From the NCBI GenBank assembly GCA_963789395.1, contig CAWBKP010000021.1, forward strand, positions 119,697-183,696: DNA of 64,000 nucleotides, given 5' to 3'. Below the pieces are notes generated by a model. The model ran no database searches. It was not told the DNA's origin and worked only from the letters and a program-made list of their open reading frames with translations. This document shows positions 40,233 through 51,073 of this stretch, piece after piece. Source of the stretch: an uncultured delta proteobacterium. Lineage in GTDB: Bacteria; Desulfobacterota; Desulfobacteria; Desulfobacterales; Desulfatirhabdiaceae. How positions within the stretch are numbered: position 1 is the stretch's first letter; each line of letters opens with the position of its first letter. The position numbers and the translations under genes are program-made.

Positions 40233-40930
40233 ATGGAATTGCCTGCCAGCACAAATACAACGCAACTGATTGAGGATCTGGAACAGATTTTTTCCATCCT
40301 GCGGCATGAATTCGGAAATACGGTCAACTCTCTGAAAATGACGCTGGATGTGCTGGTCAGAAATTATGACACATTTAATGATTCATCCAAATTGGAATTC
40401 CTGCACCGGGCATTGGTGCTGGTTGCCCGCCAGCACAAATTTCTGGATGCCATGCGCGCTTACGTCCGTGCAACGGTGGGAGAAATGGAAGAAATTCCCC
40501 TGATTTTTTTTTGGAGCGACTGTGTCGCCCTTGCCAAATCAAAACTTGCGGGAAAACAGATCAATTTCAAACAGCAGATTCAGGCAGAACCCTACAGTAT
40601 TCAGGCCAATTCATCCGCCATCTATCAAATCATCGGTCATCTGATAGACAATGCGATTGATGCGGTGTCAGATATTGACCTCCGGAAATAGAATTGCTGG
40701 CCTTTACCCAGATCGGCAGCTTCGTGGTGCAGGTGCTCGATAACGGACCGGGTATTGCCGAGGAGATCCAGCCCAAATTGTTTACGCCTTTTTTCACCAC
40801 CCGGGAAGGGCATTCCGGTCTGGGGCTGGCGATATCCCGAAAGCTGCTCAGTCAGATGGATGGCCGTCTGGAGTTGCGCAATCGCAGTCCATCGGGAACA
40901 GAGGCCAGCATGTGGCTGAAGATCAACTGA
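40233..40930 (+). CDS. Short sensorless histidine kinase (frameshift ~40690)
   Basis: LRHEFGN H-box, LIDNAIDA, DNGPGI, FTPFFTT, GSGLGL-like G2. Confidence 0.8.
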
Positions 40931-40959
40931 CAGCGCGTCTCCTGTTCGCGCGGCAGTGT

Positions 40960-41844
40960 CTATGATTTTCCAGTCAGCGCATCCAGTATTTTGGGAATAT
41001 AATCCGCTGCCTTGTCGGCGTGAAACCTGCAGGCGCCTGCGGCTTTATGGCCCCCGCCTTCATAGTGTGAAAGCAGTTGTCCGATATTTACCTTGCAGGT
41101 CCGGTTAAAAATGCTGTGCCCGACGCTCACCATGACCATGTCGGGCTGGTTGGCATCCAGGCGGATTTTCACCTGGACGGAACATTCCGGATACAGGGAA
41201 TAGACCAGAAAGCGGTTGCCGACGGGCGGCGGATTCACGGTGCGAAAGTCGGTAACCGCCACATGTCCAATGCATCGGGTGTGGTCTTTCAGGTGGGTGC
41301 GGTAGGCGGTGTTTTCACGGATTGCCTCCCGGCAGCGGGCTTTCACCGTATTGTCAGCCATGACAGCGTGGATCGGCAGGACCCTGAGAAGATCAATCAG
41401 ATGATTCCAGTAAGGTTCATCGGCTTTGTCCTGCCCGCTGATGGTCATGGAAAGCAGGAGATAGGGATAGCGTTCCGGATACAGGACTTCTTCCTGGGTC
41501 AGGTCTGCCGAGTCGATTTTGTCAGCTGCCTGAACCAGTTCCGTATAATCCCGGCGAAACTTCCCGCGGTAATAGTCAAAGATGATTCCCGCAGCTGACG
41601 GAGCCATTCGAAAAGCGCCGGGGACGGATTGTTCCCCTTGATTGGAAAAATGGTGATCAAACCACAGCGAACAATTGGGAGCGTAGGGAAGGTTGGCCAC
41701 AATATCGCCTTCCTGGATATCCACCAGTCCTTTTTGGATCTCGCTGGGCTCTGCCCATTTAACCGGCGCCTGAATGTCCAGGGCTTCATAAAGCAGGACA
41801 GCGCAGACCACGCTGTCAAAATCGGATCGGGTTACAATTCGCAT
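40960..41844 (-). CDS. DHH-family phosphoesterase (exopolyphosphatase-like)
   Basis: MRIVTRSDFD, WFDHH, GGGHKAAG. Confidence 0.85.
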   Translation of the reverse strand: MRIVTRSDFDSVVCAVLLYEALDIQAPVKWAEPSEIQKGLVDIQEGDIVANLPYAPNCSLWFDHHFSNQGEQSVPGAFRMAPSAAGIIFDYYRGKFRRDYTELVQAADKIDSADLTQEEVLYPERYPYLLLSMTISGQDKADEPYWNHLIDLLRVLPIHAVMADNTVKARCREAIRENTAYRTHLKDHTRCIGHVAVTDFRTVNPPPVGNRFLVYSLYPECSVQVKIRLDANQPDMVMVSVGHSIFNRTCKVNIGQLLSHYEGGGHKAAGACRFHADKAADYIPKILDALTGKS

Positions 41845-41899
41845 AATATCCTGTAGATTCGAAATGATAATGACGGATGGGTTGCCGTTCAGTCTTTGT

Positions 41900-42328
41900 T
41901 TATTCAAAAGCGGTTTCGGGTTTAGGCAGATGAACCATCAGCTTGAGTATGTTTTTCCCGTTTTTCCGTTGATAACGGACTTCATCCATCAGTTTTCGAA
42001 TCAGAAAAACGCCAAGTCCGCCGACTTCCCGATCGGAAATGCCGACGGAAATATCCGGATCTTTCAACGACAGCATGTTAAAAGCGATTCCGGTATCTTC
42101 GATTTCAATGATAAAAATATGGGGGTGGCGTTGCATGCATGTTACCTTGATATCCCCCTGGTGATCCGGGTAGGCGTAATTGATGATGTTTACCAGCGCC
42201 TCTTCCGAGGCCAGTTCAATTTCTTTGACGCGTTTGCCGGAAAAACCGAATTTTCTGGCGGCGTCTGAAATAAACTGAACCAGCAGTATCATGTTCTCTA
42301 TTCTGGCTGGCAGGTGCATGCTTGACAT
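41900..42328 (-). CDS. RsbW-like anti-sigma factor / Ser kinase
   Basis: ELASEEALVNIINYAY, DTGIAFN, GGLGVFLI. Confidence 0.9.
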   Translation of the reverse strand: MSSMHLPARIENMILLVQFISDAARKFGFSGKRVKEIELASEEALVNIINYAYPDHQGDIKVTCMQRHPHIFIIEIEDTGIAFNMLSLKDPDISVGISDREVGGLGVFLIRKLMDEVRYQRKNGKNILKLMVHLPKPETAFE

Positions 42329-42384
42329 GGAAAACCCCGAAACACCGGTTGAATATTGCGGATTCTGAAGTGGATACCAATGCC

Positions 42385-42720
42385 TCATGCCTGAAGGATT
42401 GCCGCCTGTACCGTATCATGAATGGGAATGATGGAATTAAACCCGGAAATCTCAAAAACCTCGTTTACGGACTCTTCCATGGCTGCCAGAAGGATTTTTC
42501 CGTCAATGGATTTCAGTTTTTTCGCCAGCACCAGTATGCTCCGAAGTCCGGCGCTGCTGATATATTCCAGGGAACTCAGATCGACAACAAAGCATTTTTC
42601 ACCCGAGTCAATCCACAGGCCAACTGTTTTTTCGAATTCGGGAGCGGTTACTGAATCCATTCTTCCGGTAACCTTGACAACAAGCGCATTGGTCTCTTTT
42701 CCGATGTTGATGATTTCCAT
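42385..42720 (-). CDS. STAS anti-sigma factor antagonist
   Basis: GRMDS..A, LEYISSAGLR, VFEISGF. Confidence 0.92.
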   Translation of the reverse strand: MEIINIGKETNALVVKVTGRMDSVTAPEFEKTVGLWIDSGEKCFVVDLSSLEYISSAGLRSILVLAKKLKSIDGKILLAAMEESVNEVFEISGFNSIIPIHDTVQAAILQA

Positions 42721-42852
42721 GAAACTCTCCTGATCACTTGCCGTGATTGGCATAGCGCAATGAATATGATATTGGATTATTCCTATAATAACCCGGATGA
42801 GAAAATCAATAAGATAATGATAAATCGTCTTTGACGGTTTGAGAGGCCATGC

Positions 42853-44515
42853 GTGATGACAACCTGTAATCTGATGGAAACGCCGCCTGTTCCGGCGCGA
42901 AAACGCACGCAGCTGGTTGCGGACAGAGACGCCCTGATGCGGATTTTCATCCGGCCGGAAAGCGATGATGCCCGCCAGACCCTGCTGAAGTATATGGACC
43001 AGATTCTCTTCGGCCTCCATGATTTTTTGACCCGGCATGTCGGGGTTACCCAGGAAATCAGTTTGAGCGAACTGTCGGAGCGTTTTACCGGTTCGACAAT
43101 CAGCAGGCATCCTGAAAAAAAACTGGCGGATGTGATTACCGACCTGATCGAAGATATCGCCCCCCATGCGGTAAATGTCGCGTCTCCATATTTTGTCGGC
43201 CACATGACGTCGGCCCTTCCGTTTTTCATGGTTCACCTCAAAACAATCATTGCGGCCCTGAATCAGAATGTCATCAAACTGGAAACGTCAAAAGTGGTTT
43301 CCGTTATTGAAAAACAGGTGCTTGCCAAAATCCACCGCATGATATTCCAGGAAAACGAGGCGTTCTATCAGGAGCATGTCCAGAATCCCCAAACCTCGCT
43401 GGGGTGTTTTATTGAAGACGGGACACTGGCCAATATCACGGCCCTCTGGGTTGCCCGGAATGCATTGCTGGCCGCCAAAGATAATTTTGAGGGAGTCGAG
43501 AAAGAAGGGCTTTCGGCAGCCTGCCGGGCCTATGGCATTGATCGACTGGTTGTGCTGGTGTCCAGATTGGGGCATTATTCCCTGAAAAAAGCCGGCGGCG
43601 TTCTGGGAATCGGCAATCAAAATGTCATCGCAGTTGAGGTGGATGCGCAAAACCGGATGGATTTGAATTGCCTGAGACAAAAAATTGCCGAGCTTCAGGA
43701 CGGCGGCGGAAAAACCCGGATTCTGGCTGTCGTGGGAATTGCCGGAACCACGGAAACCGGATCGATTGACCCCCTGGATCGGATGGCCGCAATCTGCGCC
43801 GAACACCGCATTCACTTTCATGTGGATGCGGCCTGGGGAGGCCCCACCTTGATGTCTGAAAAATACAGGCATCTGCTTGCCGGAATCGATGCTGCGGACA
43901 GCGTGACCATCGACGGCCACAAGCAGTTTTATATGCCCATGACGTGCGGCATGGTGTATTTCAAAGATCCGATGCGGCTGGATGCCATTGCATATCATGC
44001 CGGCTATGTCAACCGGCCGGGGTCCGTGGATCTGGGACGCAAATCCTTGTCCGGCTCGCGGGAGGCCAGTTCGCTGATTCTGGACTGCACCCTTAAGATC
44101 ATGGGTACCCAGGGGTATGCCCTGCTGATAGAACATGGCATCGAAATCGCCCGGCAGTTCGCGGCGGAAATTCAGGGCAGGGCGCTTTTTGAACTGATTA
44201 CGCCCCCGGAACTCAACATCCTCACCTATCGACTTTTTCCGCCGGAAATAAGGTCCCGGCTCCAAAAGGCAACTGCCGAAGAGGCGGTCGCTGTCGCCGA
44301 TCAGCTCAACGCCATGACGCGCAAAGTCCAGCAATTGCAGCGTGAGGCCGGAAAGAGCTTTGTATCCCGAACCACCCTGAGGGTTCACCAATACCCGGGG
44401 CAGGATATCGTTGTTTTCCGGTGCGTCATCATGAACCCCATGACAACCCTGGAAGTGCTTCGGCTGGATTCTGGACGAGCAGGAAGAAATCTACCGTCAG
44501 ATCATCAATGAATAA
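42853..44515 (+). CDS. panP: PLP-dependent aspartate 1-decarboxylase (frameshift near C-terminus)
   Basis: FVGHMTSALP, LNQN.IKLETSK, AGTTETG, HVDAAWGG, IDGHKQ, SFVSRT. Confidence 0.85.
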
Positions 44516-44717
44516 TCGGGCTTTCCGTGGCCATTGCTTATCCCCCCCTTTTTTTGCAAAAGGGGGAAGGTATCATTTTTATTGTGACAACCACAGCAGA
44601 TGTGCTAATGATCCGCCAGTCACTCAGTCACTGAAAACCCTGTTTGCGAGCCATGTTTTATGTATCTGATTCAATGGTTGATTTTAATTTTATTTATTCA
44701 TCATTAAAGGAGGAAAC

Positions 44718-46364
44718 ATGCCCGTCAGAAAGATCGAACGCACCCCATCCGCCTATGCCTATCCCCTGCTGATCAAAAACATCCTTCGCATGCCCCTGGT
44801 GTATGCGCCAAAGCAGGAAATCATTTATCGGGACAAGATGCGCTACAATTACGAAGCCCTGAACAGCCGGGTGTCGCAACTGGCGAACATGCTGGAAAAG
44901 CTGGGGGTCGCTCCCGGAAATACCGTTGCAGTCATGGATTGGGACAGCCACCGGTATCTGGAATGTTTCTTTGCCGTTCCCATGATGGGGGCGGTTCTTC
45001 ACACCATCAACATCCGGTTGTCGCCGGAACAGCTTGCCTACACCATCAATCATGCCGAAGATGATATCATTCTGGTCAATTCCGATTTTCTTCCCATGCT
45101 GGAAGCCATCAAGGATCAGCTCAAGACCGTCAAGAAATTCGTCCTTCTGACGGATGCGGACCCGGCACCGGCAACCTCTCTTGCGCTTTCGGGCGAATAT
45201 GAGGCGCTTCTTTCCGCGTGCAGCGCAACGTATGATTTCCCGGATTTCGACGAAGACACCATGGCCACCACATTCTACACCACGGGTACGACCGGCATGC
45301 CAAAAGGGGTTTACTACAGCCATCGCCAGCTCGTTCTGCACACTTACGGACTCATGTCCGGCCTCTGCATTTACAAATCCCAGGTCAATCTGAATTCCGG
45401 CGATGTGTATATGCCCATGACCCCGATGTTCCATGTCCATGCCTGGGGCATTCCCTATCTGTGCACGCTGCTGGGAACCAAGCAGGTCTATCCGGGCAAA
45501 TATGAACCGGCGGTGCTGCTCAAGCTGATTGTAACTGAAAAAGTCACTTTTTCACACTGCGTTCCCACCATTATGCACATGCTGGTCAACAGCCCGGCCG
45601 TGAATCAGTTTGATCTGACAAAGTGGAAGGTCATCATCGGCGGGTCTGCCCTTCCCAAGGGCCTTTGCAAGGCGGCCTTGTCTCTTGGCATCAGCCTGAC
45701 GACAGCTTACGGCATGTCCGAGACCTGTCCGCTTTTGACCGCAGCCAACATGAAGCCGTTCATGCTGGATTGGGATATCGATAAACAGGTTGAAATGCGG
45801 TGCAAAACCGGATTGCCGGTTCCGATGGTCAATCTTGAAATCGTGGATCCGGAAGGAAAGCCCGTTCCCCATGATGGAAAAGCCACGGGCGAAGTCGTTG
45901 TTCGGTCTCCCTGGCTGACCCAGGGGTATCTGAAGGATCCGGAACGCAGCGAGCAGCTCTGGGAAAACGGCTGGCTGCATACCGGCGACATCGGCAATAT
46001 CGATACCGAAGGATACCTGCAGATCACCGACCGGGTCAAGGATGTGATTAAAACCGGCGGCGAGTGGATTTCTTCCCTGGAGCTGGAAGACATCATCAGC
46101 CAGCATCCGGCGGTCAGCGAGGCTGCGGTGATCGGTGTGGCCGATGAAAAATGGGGAGAACGGCCCCTGGCCCTGGTGGTGTTAAAAGCAGAGCACAAGG
46201 GCAAAGTCACGGAAGACGAGCTGAAGGATTTCTACATGAAGTATGTGGATAACGGAACCATCCCCAAATACGGTGTTCCCGGCAAGGTGGTTCTGGTTGA
46301 CACCATCGCCAAAACCAGCGTGGGAAAGATCAGCAAGAAAGATCTGAGGATCCAGTATAAGTAA
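44718..46364 (+). CDS. Fatty acid--CoA ligase
   Basis: YTTGTTGMPKG, YGMSET, WLHTGD, DRVKDVIKTGGE, SVGK. Confidence 0.95.
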   Translation: MPVRKIERTPSAYAYPLLIKNILRMPLVYAPKQEIIYRDKMRYNYEALNSRVSQLANMLEKLGVAPGNTVAVMDWDSHRYLECFFAVPMMGAVLHTINIRLSPEQLAYTINHAEDDIILVNSDFLPMLEAIKDQLKTVKKFVLLTDADPAPATSLALSGEYEALLSACSATYDFPDFDEDTMATTFYTTGTTGMPKGVYYSHRQLVLHTYGLMSGLCIYKSQVNLNSGDVYMPMTPMFHVHAWGIPYLCTLLGTKQVYPGKYEPAVLLKLIVTEKVTFSHCVPTIMHMLVNSPAVNQFDLTKWKVIIGGSALPKGLCKAALSLGISLTTAYGMSETCPLLTAANMKPFMLDWDIDKQVEMRCKTGLPVPMVNLEIVDPEGKPVPHDGKATGEVVVRSPWLTQGYLKDPERSEQLWENGWLHTGDIGNIDTEGYLQITDRVKDVIKTGGEWISSLELEDIISQHPAVSEAAVIGVADEKWGERPLALVVLKAEHKGKVTEDELKDFYMKYVDNGTIPKYGVPGKVVLVDTIAKTSVGKISKKDLRIQYK

Positions 46365-46508
46365 ATACGAAATTCGAAATCCGAAATACGAAACAAGGAT
46401 CAATTCAGAATCAAAATCTGAAGCTCGATGTTAATCCGAAACAGAGTTCTGTTTTGAACATTAGAATTTTGAATTTGTTTCGAATTTCGATATTCGGATT
46501 TCGGATTT
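46364..46508. repeat. Inverted heptamer-repeat element between convergent genes
   Basis: AAATACGAAATTCGAAATCCGAAATACGAAAC ... GTTTCGAATTTCGATATTCGGATTTCGGATTT. Confidence 0.72.
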
Positions 46509-46534
46509 TATTTTTTTTTAAGTACAGAAAACCC

Positions 46535-47488
46535 TCAAACAGGTGTAACCGGTTGCCTTTTCCTGCCGGCAACCTTTATCCAGCTGTCATAGAGGTACAC
46601 CGCGACAATGGCGGTGATCACCCGGGGAATCCAGAGCCAGAATACGCTCAGGCCAAGGGATGCGAAAAGCGTCGGGTCTTCAACCATCGAATGGTTGATG
46701 CCGATGGAGATGTGAAGCCGCTCCAGCTCCTCGGCGCTGAAATTTCCGTCCTTGGCCTCTTCAACGATGACCGCGGCCCCATAGGCGATTCCGAACACCA
46801 CTGCCGTCAGCCACAGCAGCCCCACCCGCTCATCCAGCCCCATGATTTTCAGAAACGGCTTTAATGCCTTCACGAGAAAGGGAATCACATCAAAGGCCTT
46901 CATCAGGCATAAGGCGATCATCAGCGCCATCACGATCAAAAAGATCTTGATGCTGAGAAAAAAAGTGGCAATTCCCCATTTCTCGATGACGTCCCATAAG
47001 GGTTTCTGAACCTGCGGCCCAAAAGAAACGGCAGTGGATGCGCCCGTCTGCAAGTCCATGAACTGGGCTACGGCGATCACGGTGACGATGGAGGCCGCAA
47101 GCCGGATCACGGTTGCTTTCAGCGGGCGCAACCCGGATCTGGCCTGCACCATGCCTTCCTGAACCAGATTGTGGGATATGAGCAGAAAAATGGCGATCAG
47201 GGTCATCTGGTTGGCGGTAAAAGGCAGCACGATCATGGCGGCGATCCCGCCGTAAATTCCCGTTAACATGCCGACAAGAAGCGGTATGGCGGCAGCAGCC
47301 GGCAGGCTGATCAGCTTCATGACGGGTGCAAGCAGAAAATCCATCCGGTGAATCAGGCCGCTGTAATCCAGAAGGACCGTGAGAAATGAGATGGGGATCA
47401 GAATCTTGAGCAGCCACACATACCCGCTCCAGCCTTTATTCATGCCGGCCACAATGCCGGATTTCGCCGTATCACGAAAATTGTTCAT
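46535..47488 (-). CDS. Nucleoside-recognition (Gate) domain membrane protein
   Basis: LAPVMKLISLP, SHNLVQE, GIAYGAAVI, NHSMVED. Confidence 0.8.
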   Translation of the reverse strand: MNNFRDTAKSGIVAGMNKGWSGYVWLLKILIPISFLTVLLDYSGLIHRMDFLLAPVMKLISLPAAAAIPLLVGMLTGIYGGIAAMIVLPFTANQMTLIAIFLLISHNLVQEGMVQARSGLRPLKATVIRLAASIVTVIAVAQFMDLQTGASTAVSFGPQVQKPLWDVIEKWGIATFFLSIKIFLIVMALMIALCLMKAFDVIPFLVKALKPFLKIMGLDERVGLLWLTAVVFGIAYGAAVIVEEAKDGNFSAEELERLHISIGINHSMVEDPTLFASLGLSVFWLWIPRVITAIVAVYLYDSWIKVAGRKRQPVTPV

Positions 47489-47527
47489 TCAGCGTGTCAT
47501 CTTTCCAGTTGGATCGTTATTTCCGAT

Positions 47528-47581
47528 TGGATATTAGAATTTCGAATTTGTTTCGGATTTCGATATTCGGATTTCGAATTT
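47528..47581. repeat. Heptamer repeat half-element
   Basis: ATTAGAATTTCGAATTTGTTTCGGATTTCGATATTCGGATTTCGAATTT, near-identical to 46460-46508. Confidence 0.72.
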
Positions 47582-47616
47582 ATACCGGAACATCCCATCC
47601 GTTCAGTCACTGCCTG

Positions 47617-48090
47617 TTATCTGAGTCCATTTGTCGGGTCGCCCTCATCAACCATCTGCCTCAGAACCTGGATTTCGGGCTGCCCCGGTATGCGGCCGGT
47701 CAGCTGGGCGGTCATGACCACCTCGTCATCCTGGTTGACAAGAACCGCATCCGCACGGGCGCGGCCTTTTTCATCAATTTCCGTGATCGTCAGGGTGCAG
47801 GTAATGGTTTCGCCCATATAGACGGGCCGTTTAAAGCGAAAATTCATCCCGGAAGCCAGCCATCCGATTTGTCCCCCCACTTCCGTGATCATGCCGCCGA
47901 CCAGAAGCCCGTGGCAGATTCTGCCCTTGAATTTCTTTGCCGCAACAAACCGCGGGTCAAAATGGATGGGGTTGTAGTCACGGGTCAGATCGGCGAATTG
48001 TTTGACCTGCGACTCGGAAAATGTCCGGGTAACCGTAAATGCCGTGCCGGGAGTCAACCCTGAAATCGTGCGTTGCCGAATGATGGACAT
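47617..48090 (-). CDS. MaoC family dehydratase
   Basis: FADLTRDYNPIHFD, ICHGLL, FKRPVY.GE. Confidence 0.9.
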   Translation of the reverse strand: MSIIRQRTISGLTPGTAFTVTRTFSESQVKQFADLTRDYNPIHFDPRFVAAKKFKGRICHGLLVGGMITEVGGQIGWLASGMNFRFKRPVYMGETITCTLTITEIDEKGRARADAVLVNQDDEVVMTAQLTGRIPGQPEIQVLRQMVDEGDPTNGLR

Positions 48091-48226
48091 CAAGCTTTCC
48101 TTTGAATTTCTTTTCGGTGCCTCATAAAACACTTAAGAATAATCCAATTTGATATTTTTACAAGCTAAAAAATGATGAACTCCATGGCAAGCAGTTGACA
48201 AAACCAATCAAGCAGGTCTACATCAG

Positions 48227-49141
48227 ATGGCACATGATAAACACATGGATAAAAGAAACCCCATGCCCCTGAAACCGGGCGATTGCATCGGGATTGTGGC
48301 CCCGGCCAGTCCTTTTGAAGAAGCGGAATTTTACGCTGGCATCGGTGTTCTGGAGAACATGGGATTTCGGGTGCGGTTTCCGGAAGGGATTTTTGCCAGA
48401 TCCGGGTATTTTGCAGGATCCGATGCGGTCCGTGCTGCCCAGGTGAACGCGGCGTTTGCAGACAGCACGGTTCAGGCGATTATCTGCGCCAGGGGTGGCT
48501 ACGGGTCAATGCAGATTCTGCCGTATCTCGACTATGTGTCCATCCGCCGGCACCCCAAGCTGCTGATGGGTTTCAGCGATATTACGGCGCTTCTGTGCGC
48601 GCTGTATCAGCGGTCCGGTCTGGTTTCCTGCCACGGGCCGGTGGTGACCACCCTGGTGAATGCCGGCCCCGAAACCCTTGAGTCTGTATTAAATGCGCTG
48701 TCTTTAAACGGATTGCCCGCTATTCATCTGGAATGCGGATCGACGCTGAGTCCGGGAAAGGCGTCCGGCCCTGTCATCTGCGGCAATCTGACGACATTGT
48801 GTCATCTTGTCGGAACGCCGTTTCTTCCGAATCTGAACGGGCATATATTGATCATCGAAGATAAAGGGGAAAAGCCGTATCGCATCGATCGCATGCTCAC
48901 CCAGATGAGCCTTGCCGGGGTATTCGACGGGCTATGCGGCCTGGGGATCGGCTCGTTTGAAAACTGCGGAGAAGCGGAAGAACTGTATGAAATCATCGCC
49001 CGCATATTTGGCCCATTCCACATTCCCATCCTTGCCGGATTCGAAATCGGGCACGGGCCCGACAACATTGCGGTTCCCTTCGGCCTTGAAGCGGTTCTGG
49101 ATGCGGGTCAACACTTGTTGACATATCAGGGCTATCATTAA
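48227..49141 (+). CDS. ldcA: LD-carboxypeptidase (S66)
   Basis: RGGYG, GFSDIT, GNL, ED.GE.PY.IDRML, IGH. Confidence 0.92.
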   Translation: MAHDKHMDKRNPMPLKPGDCIGIVAPASPFEEAEFYAGIGVLENMGFRVRFPEGIFARSGYFAGSDAVRAAQVNAAFADSTVQAIICARGGYGSMQILPYLDYVSIRRHPKLLMGFSDITALLCALYQRSGLVSCHGPVVTTLVNAGPETLESVLNALSLNGLPAIHLECGSTLSPGKASGPVICGNLTTLCHLVGTPFLPNLNGHILIIEDKGEKPYRIDRMLTQMSLAGVFDGLCGLGIGSFENCGEAEELYEIIARIFGPFHIPILAGFEIGHGPDNIAVPFGLEAVLDAGQHLLTYQGYH

Positions 49142-49192
49142 AGTCGGGAATGGGGAAAGGAACAAAGCCAAAATCTTCTGAGTCAAAAACTG

Positions 49193-50089
49193 TCATTGCC
49201 GTTGCCCCAGAGCTATGCGGGCCTTCTTCAAGTTTTCTCCCGCCGTCACGTAGTAAGCCGGTTCTAGTTCGATCGCTTTTTCGAAAGACTGAATGGCTTT
49301 GGTGAGATTATTCTGAATCAGGTACACCACGCCCAGATTGTTCATGGCCTGAGCTTCGCTGCCCGCCTTACGAAATGCCTCCAGAGAGGCGTCATACCGC
49401 TGTGTCTGACCCAGGGCCAAGCCCAGATTGTTGTAAACCTTTTTTTCAGTATAATTCAGGTCGATGGCACGATTGAGAGCGGCGATAGCCGCATCATATT
49501 CCTGGTTATATGTGTAGCTAACACCCAGGTTGTTATACAGGGCGCCATCCCGGGGGCGCAGTTCGATAGCCAGCAGGTATTCCTGAATTGCCTGTTTATG
49601 AAGCCCTTGCCGGTCATGGATAAGGCCGAGTTTATTCCAGCTGTTCCAGAGTGTGGGGTCCAATTTCACCGCCTTGTAAAAAGCGTTCTGGGCTTTTTCA
49701 ATTTCTCCTTTGCGAAAATAGGCCTGGCCCATGCCGTCACAGGCAGGAGCCAATCCCGGGTCGATTGTGAGAGCTTTACTGAATTCTTTGAGGGCGTCCT
49801 CTGTCCTGTCGGCAACCAGGGACAGCATCCCTTCCTTGTAAATGAGCATGGGATTATCGGGCCGCAGTTTCAGAGCCTTTTCATATTGCACAAAGGCCAT
49901 TCGAAGCTCGCCGCGCTCCCGAAGGGAGTCCCCCAACTGTTCCAATTCCGCACTGCTTGATCCGGATGGGGCTGCTGTCTCAGGCATAAGGCTGTTCAGC
50001 GACGTGGCGCAGGCAGACAGCCCAATTGCAAGACAAAGCAAGAAAATCGTCATAATCAGTCGCCGTCGTAGGGCTTGATGGTTATGCAC
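49193..50089 (-). CDS. tadD: TadD TPR lipoprotein
   Basis: LSAC lipobox, multiple TPRs, last gene of the tad operon. Confidence 0.8.
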   Translation of the reverse strand: MHNHQALRRRLIMTIFLLCLAIGLSACATSLNSLMPETAAPSGSSSAELEQLGDSLRERGELRMAFVQYEKALKLRPDNPMLIYKEGMLSLVADRTEDALKEFSKALTIDPGLAPACDGMGQAYFRKGEIEKAQNAFYKAVKLDPTLWNSWNKLGLIHDRQGLHKQAIQEYLLAIELRPRDGALYNNLGVSYTYNQEYDAAIAALNRAIDLNYTEKKVYNNLGLALGQTQRYDASLEAFRKAGSEAQAMNNLGVVYLIQNNLTKAIQSFEKAIELEPAYYVTAGENLKKARIALGQRQ

Positions 50090-50098
50090 GTAAGATCC

Positions 50099-51061
50099 TC
50101 ATTTCAAAAGGGTATGGAATATCTGGATTGCGGCTGGTCCAAGAATGACCACAAACAGTGACGGGAAAATGAAGAGAATCAATGGAAATATCAGTTTCAC
50201 GGGAAGCTTGCCGGCCAGTTCCTCCGCCCGTTGATACCGCTGGGTGCGTAGGGTGTCGGAAAACACCTTCAAGGCATTGCCCACGCTGGTGCCGAAGCGG
50301 TCGGTCTGAATCAGCAAGGTTGTCAGGCGGGTTACTTCCAATAGGTCCGTGCGCAGGGACAGGTTTTTCAGCGCATCCCGGCGCTGCATCCCAGCCCGCA
50401 TTTCCAGGTTGAACAGGGTCAGTTCATCGCTCAGAACCGGGTTTTCCAACTGGATTTCCCGGGCCACCCGGTTGATGGCCGCATCCAGCCCCATGCCAGC
50501 CTCCACACACACCACCAGCAGGTCCAAGGCATCCGGGAATCCGTTCAGAACGGCCTGTTTTCTGCGCAACCCCCGATTGTATAGCCACAGATCCGGCAGA
50601 TAAAAGCCGATAAGGGCCGGCAGGCTGAGTAAGATCACCATGTTTGCCGAAGGCAGTATAAGAATCGCTTTGACAGCATTCACAAGCAGAAACGCCAGTG
50701 GGAACAGTATGGCCAGAACCACCTTGACCCCCCAAAAAATGGCCGGCGATTTTTCACCTCTTAGCCCTGCCTTCAAAAACCGGCTCCGGGTGTCCAGTGG
50801 GTCCGTCACTTTGTTCCGTGCTACCCATTTACCCAGTTTGCCAAGAAGTGCGGTCATTTTATTGCGTCGTTCGTTTCCCATGTTCGCGGAGCCGGTCGTT
50901 TCGTCCTGATTCAGATGGGCGGAATACCGGACTTTTTGGATCAGTCTTTTCCGCTGGGACTTGAATTGCGCATATTGGATCCAGCCCCAGGCTACAAGCA
51001 TCATGCAGACAAACGCCATGGAGGCGGTGATATGGGGTAAATATACTAGAAAAACAGACAT
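50099..51061 (-). CDS. tadC: Tad pilus platform protein
   Basis: PDALDLLVVCVEAGMGLDAA, KLIFPL. Confidence 0.92.
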   Translation of the reverse strand: MSVFLVYLPHITASMAFVCMMLVAWGWIQYAQFKSQRKRLIQKVRYSAHLNQDETTGSANMGNERRNKMTALLGKLGKWVARNKVTDPLDTRSRFLKAGLRGEKSPAIFWGVKVVLAILFPLAFLLVNAVKAILILPSANMVILLSLPALIGFYLPDLWLYNRGLRRKQAVLNGFPDALDLLVVCVEAGMGLDAAINRVAREIQLENPVLSDELTLFNLEMRAGMQRRDALKNLSLRTDLLEVTRLTTLLIQTDRFGTSVGNALKVFSDTLRTQRYQRAEELAGKLPVKLIFPLILFIFPSLFVVILGPAAIQIFHTLLK

Positions 51062-51073
51062 AAAATATCCCGT

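Noticed and set aside
46364..47581. CRISPR array from TTCGAA-rich repeats
   Set aside because: Short degenerate heptamers with no regular repeat-spacer period and no cas genes.
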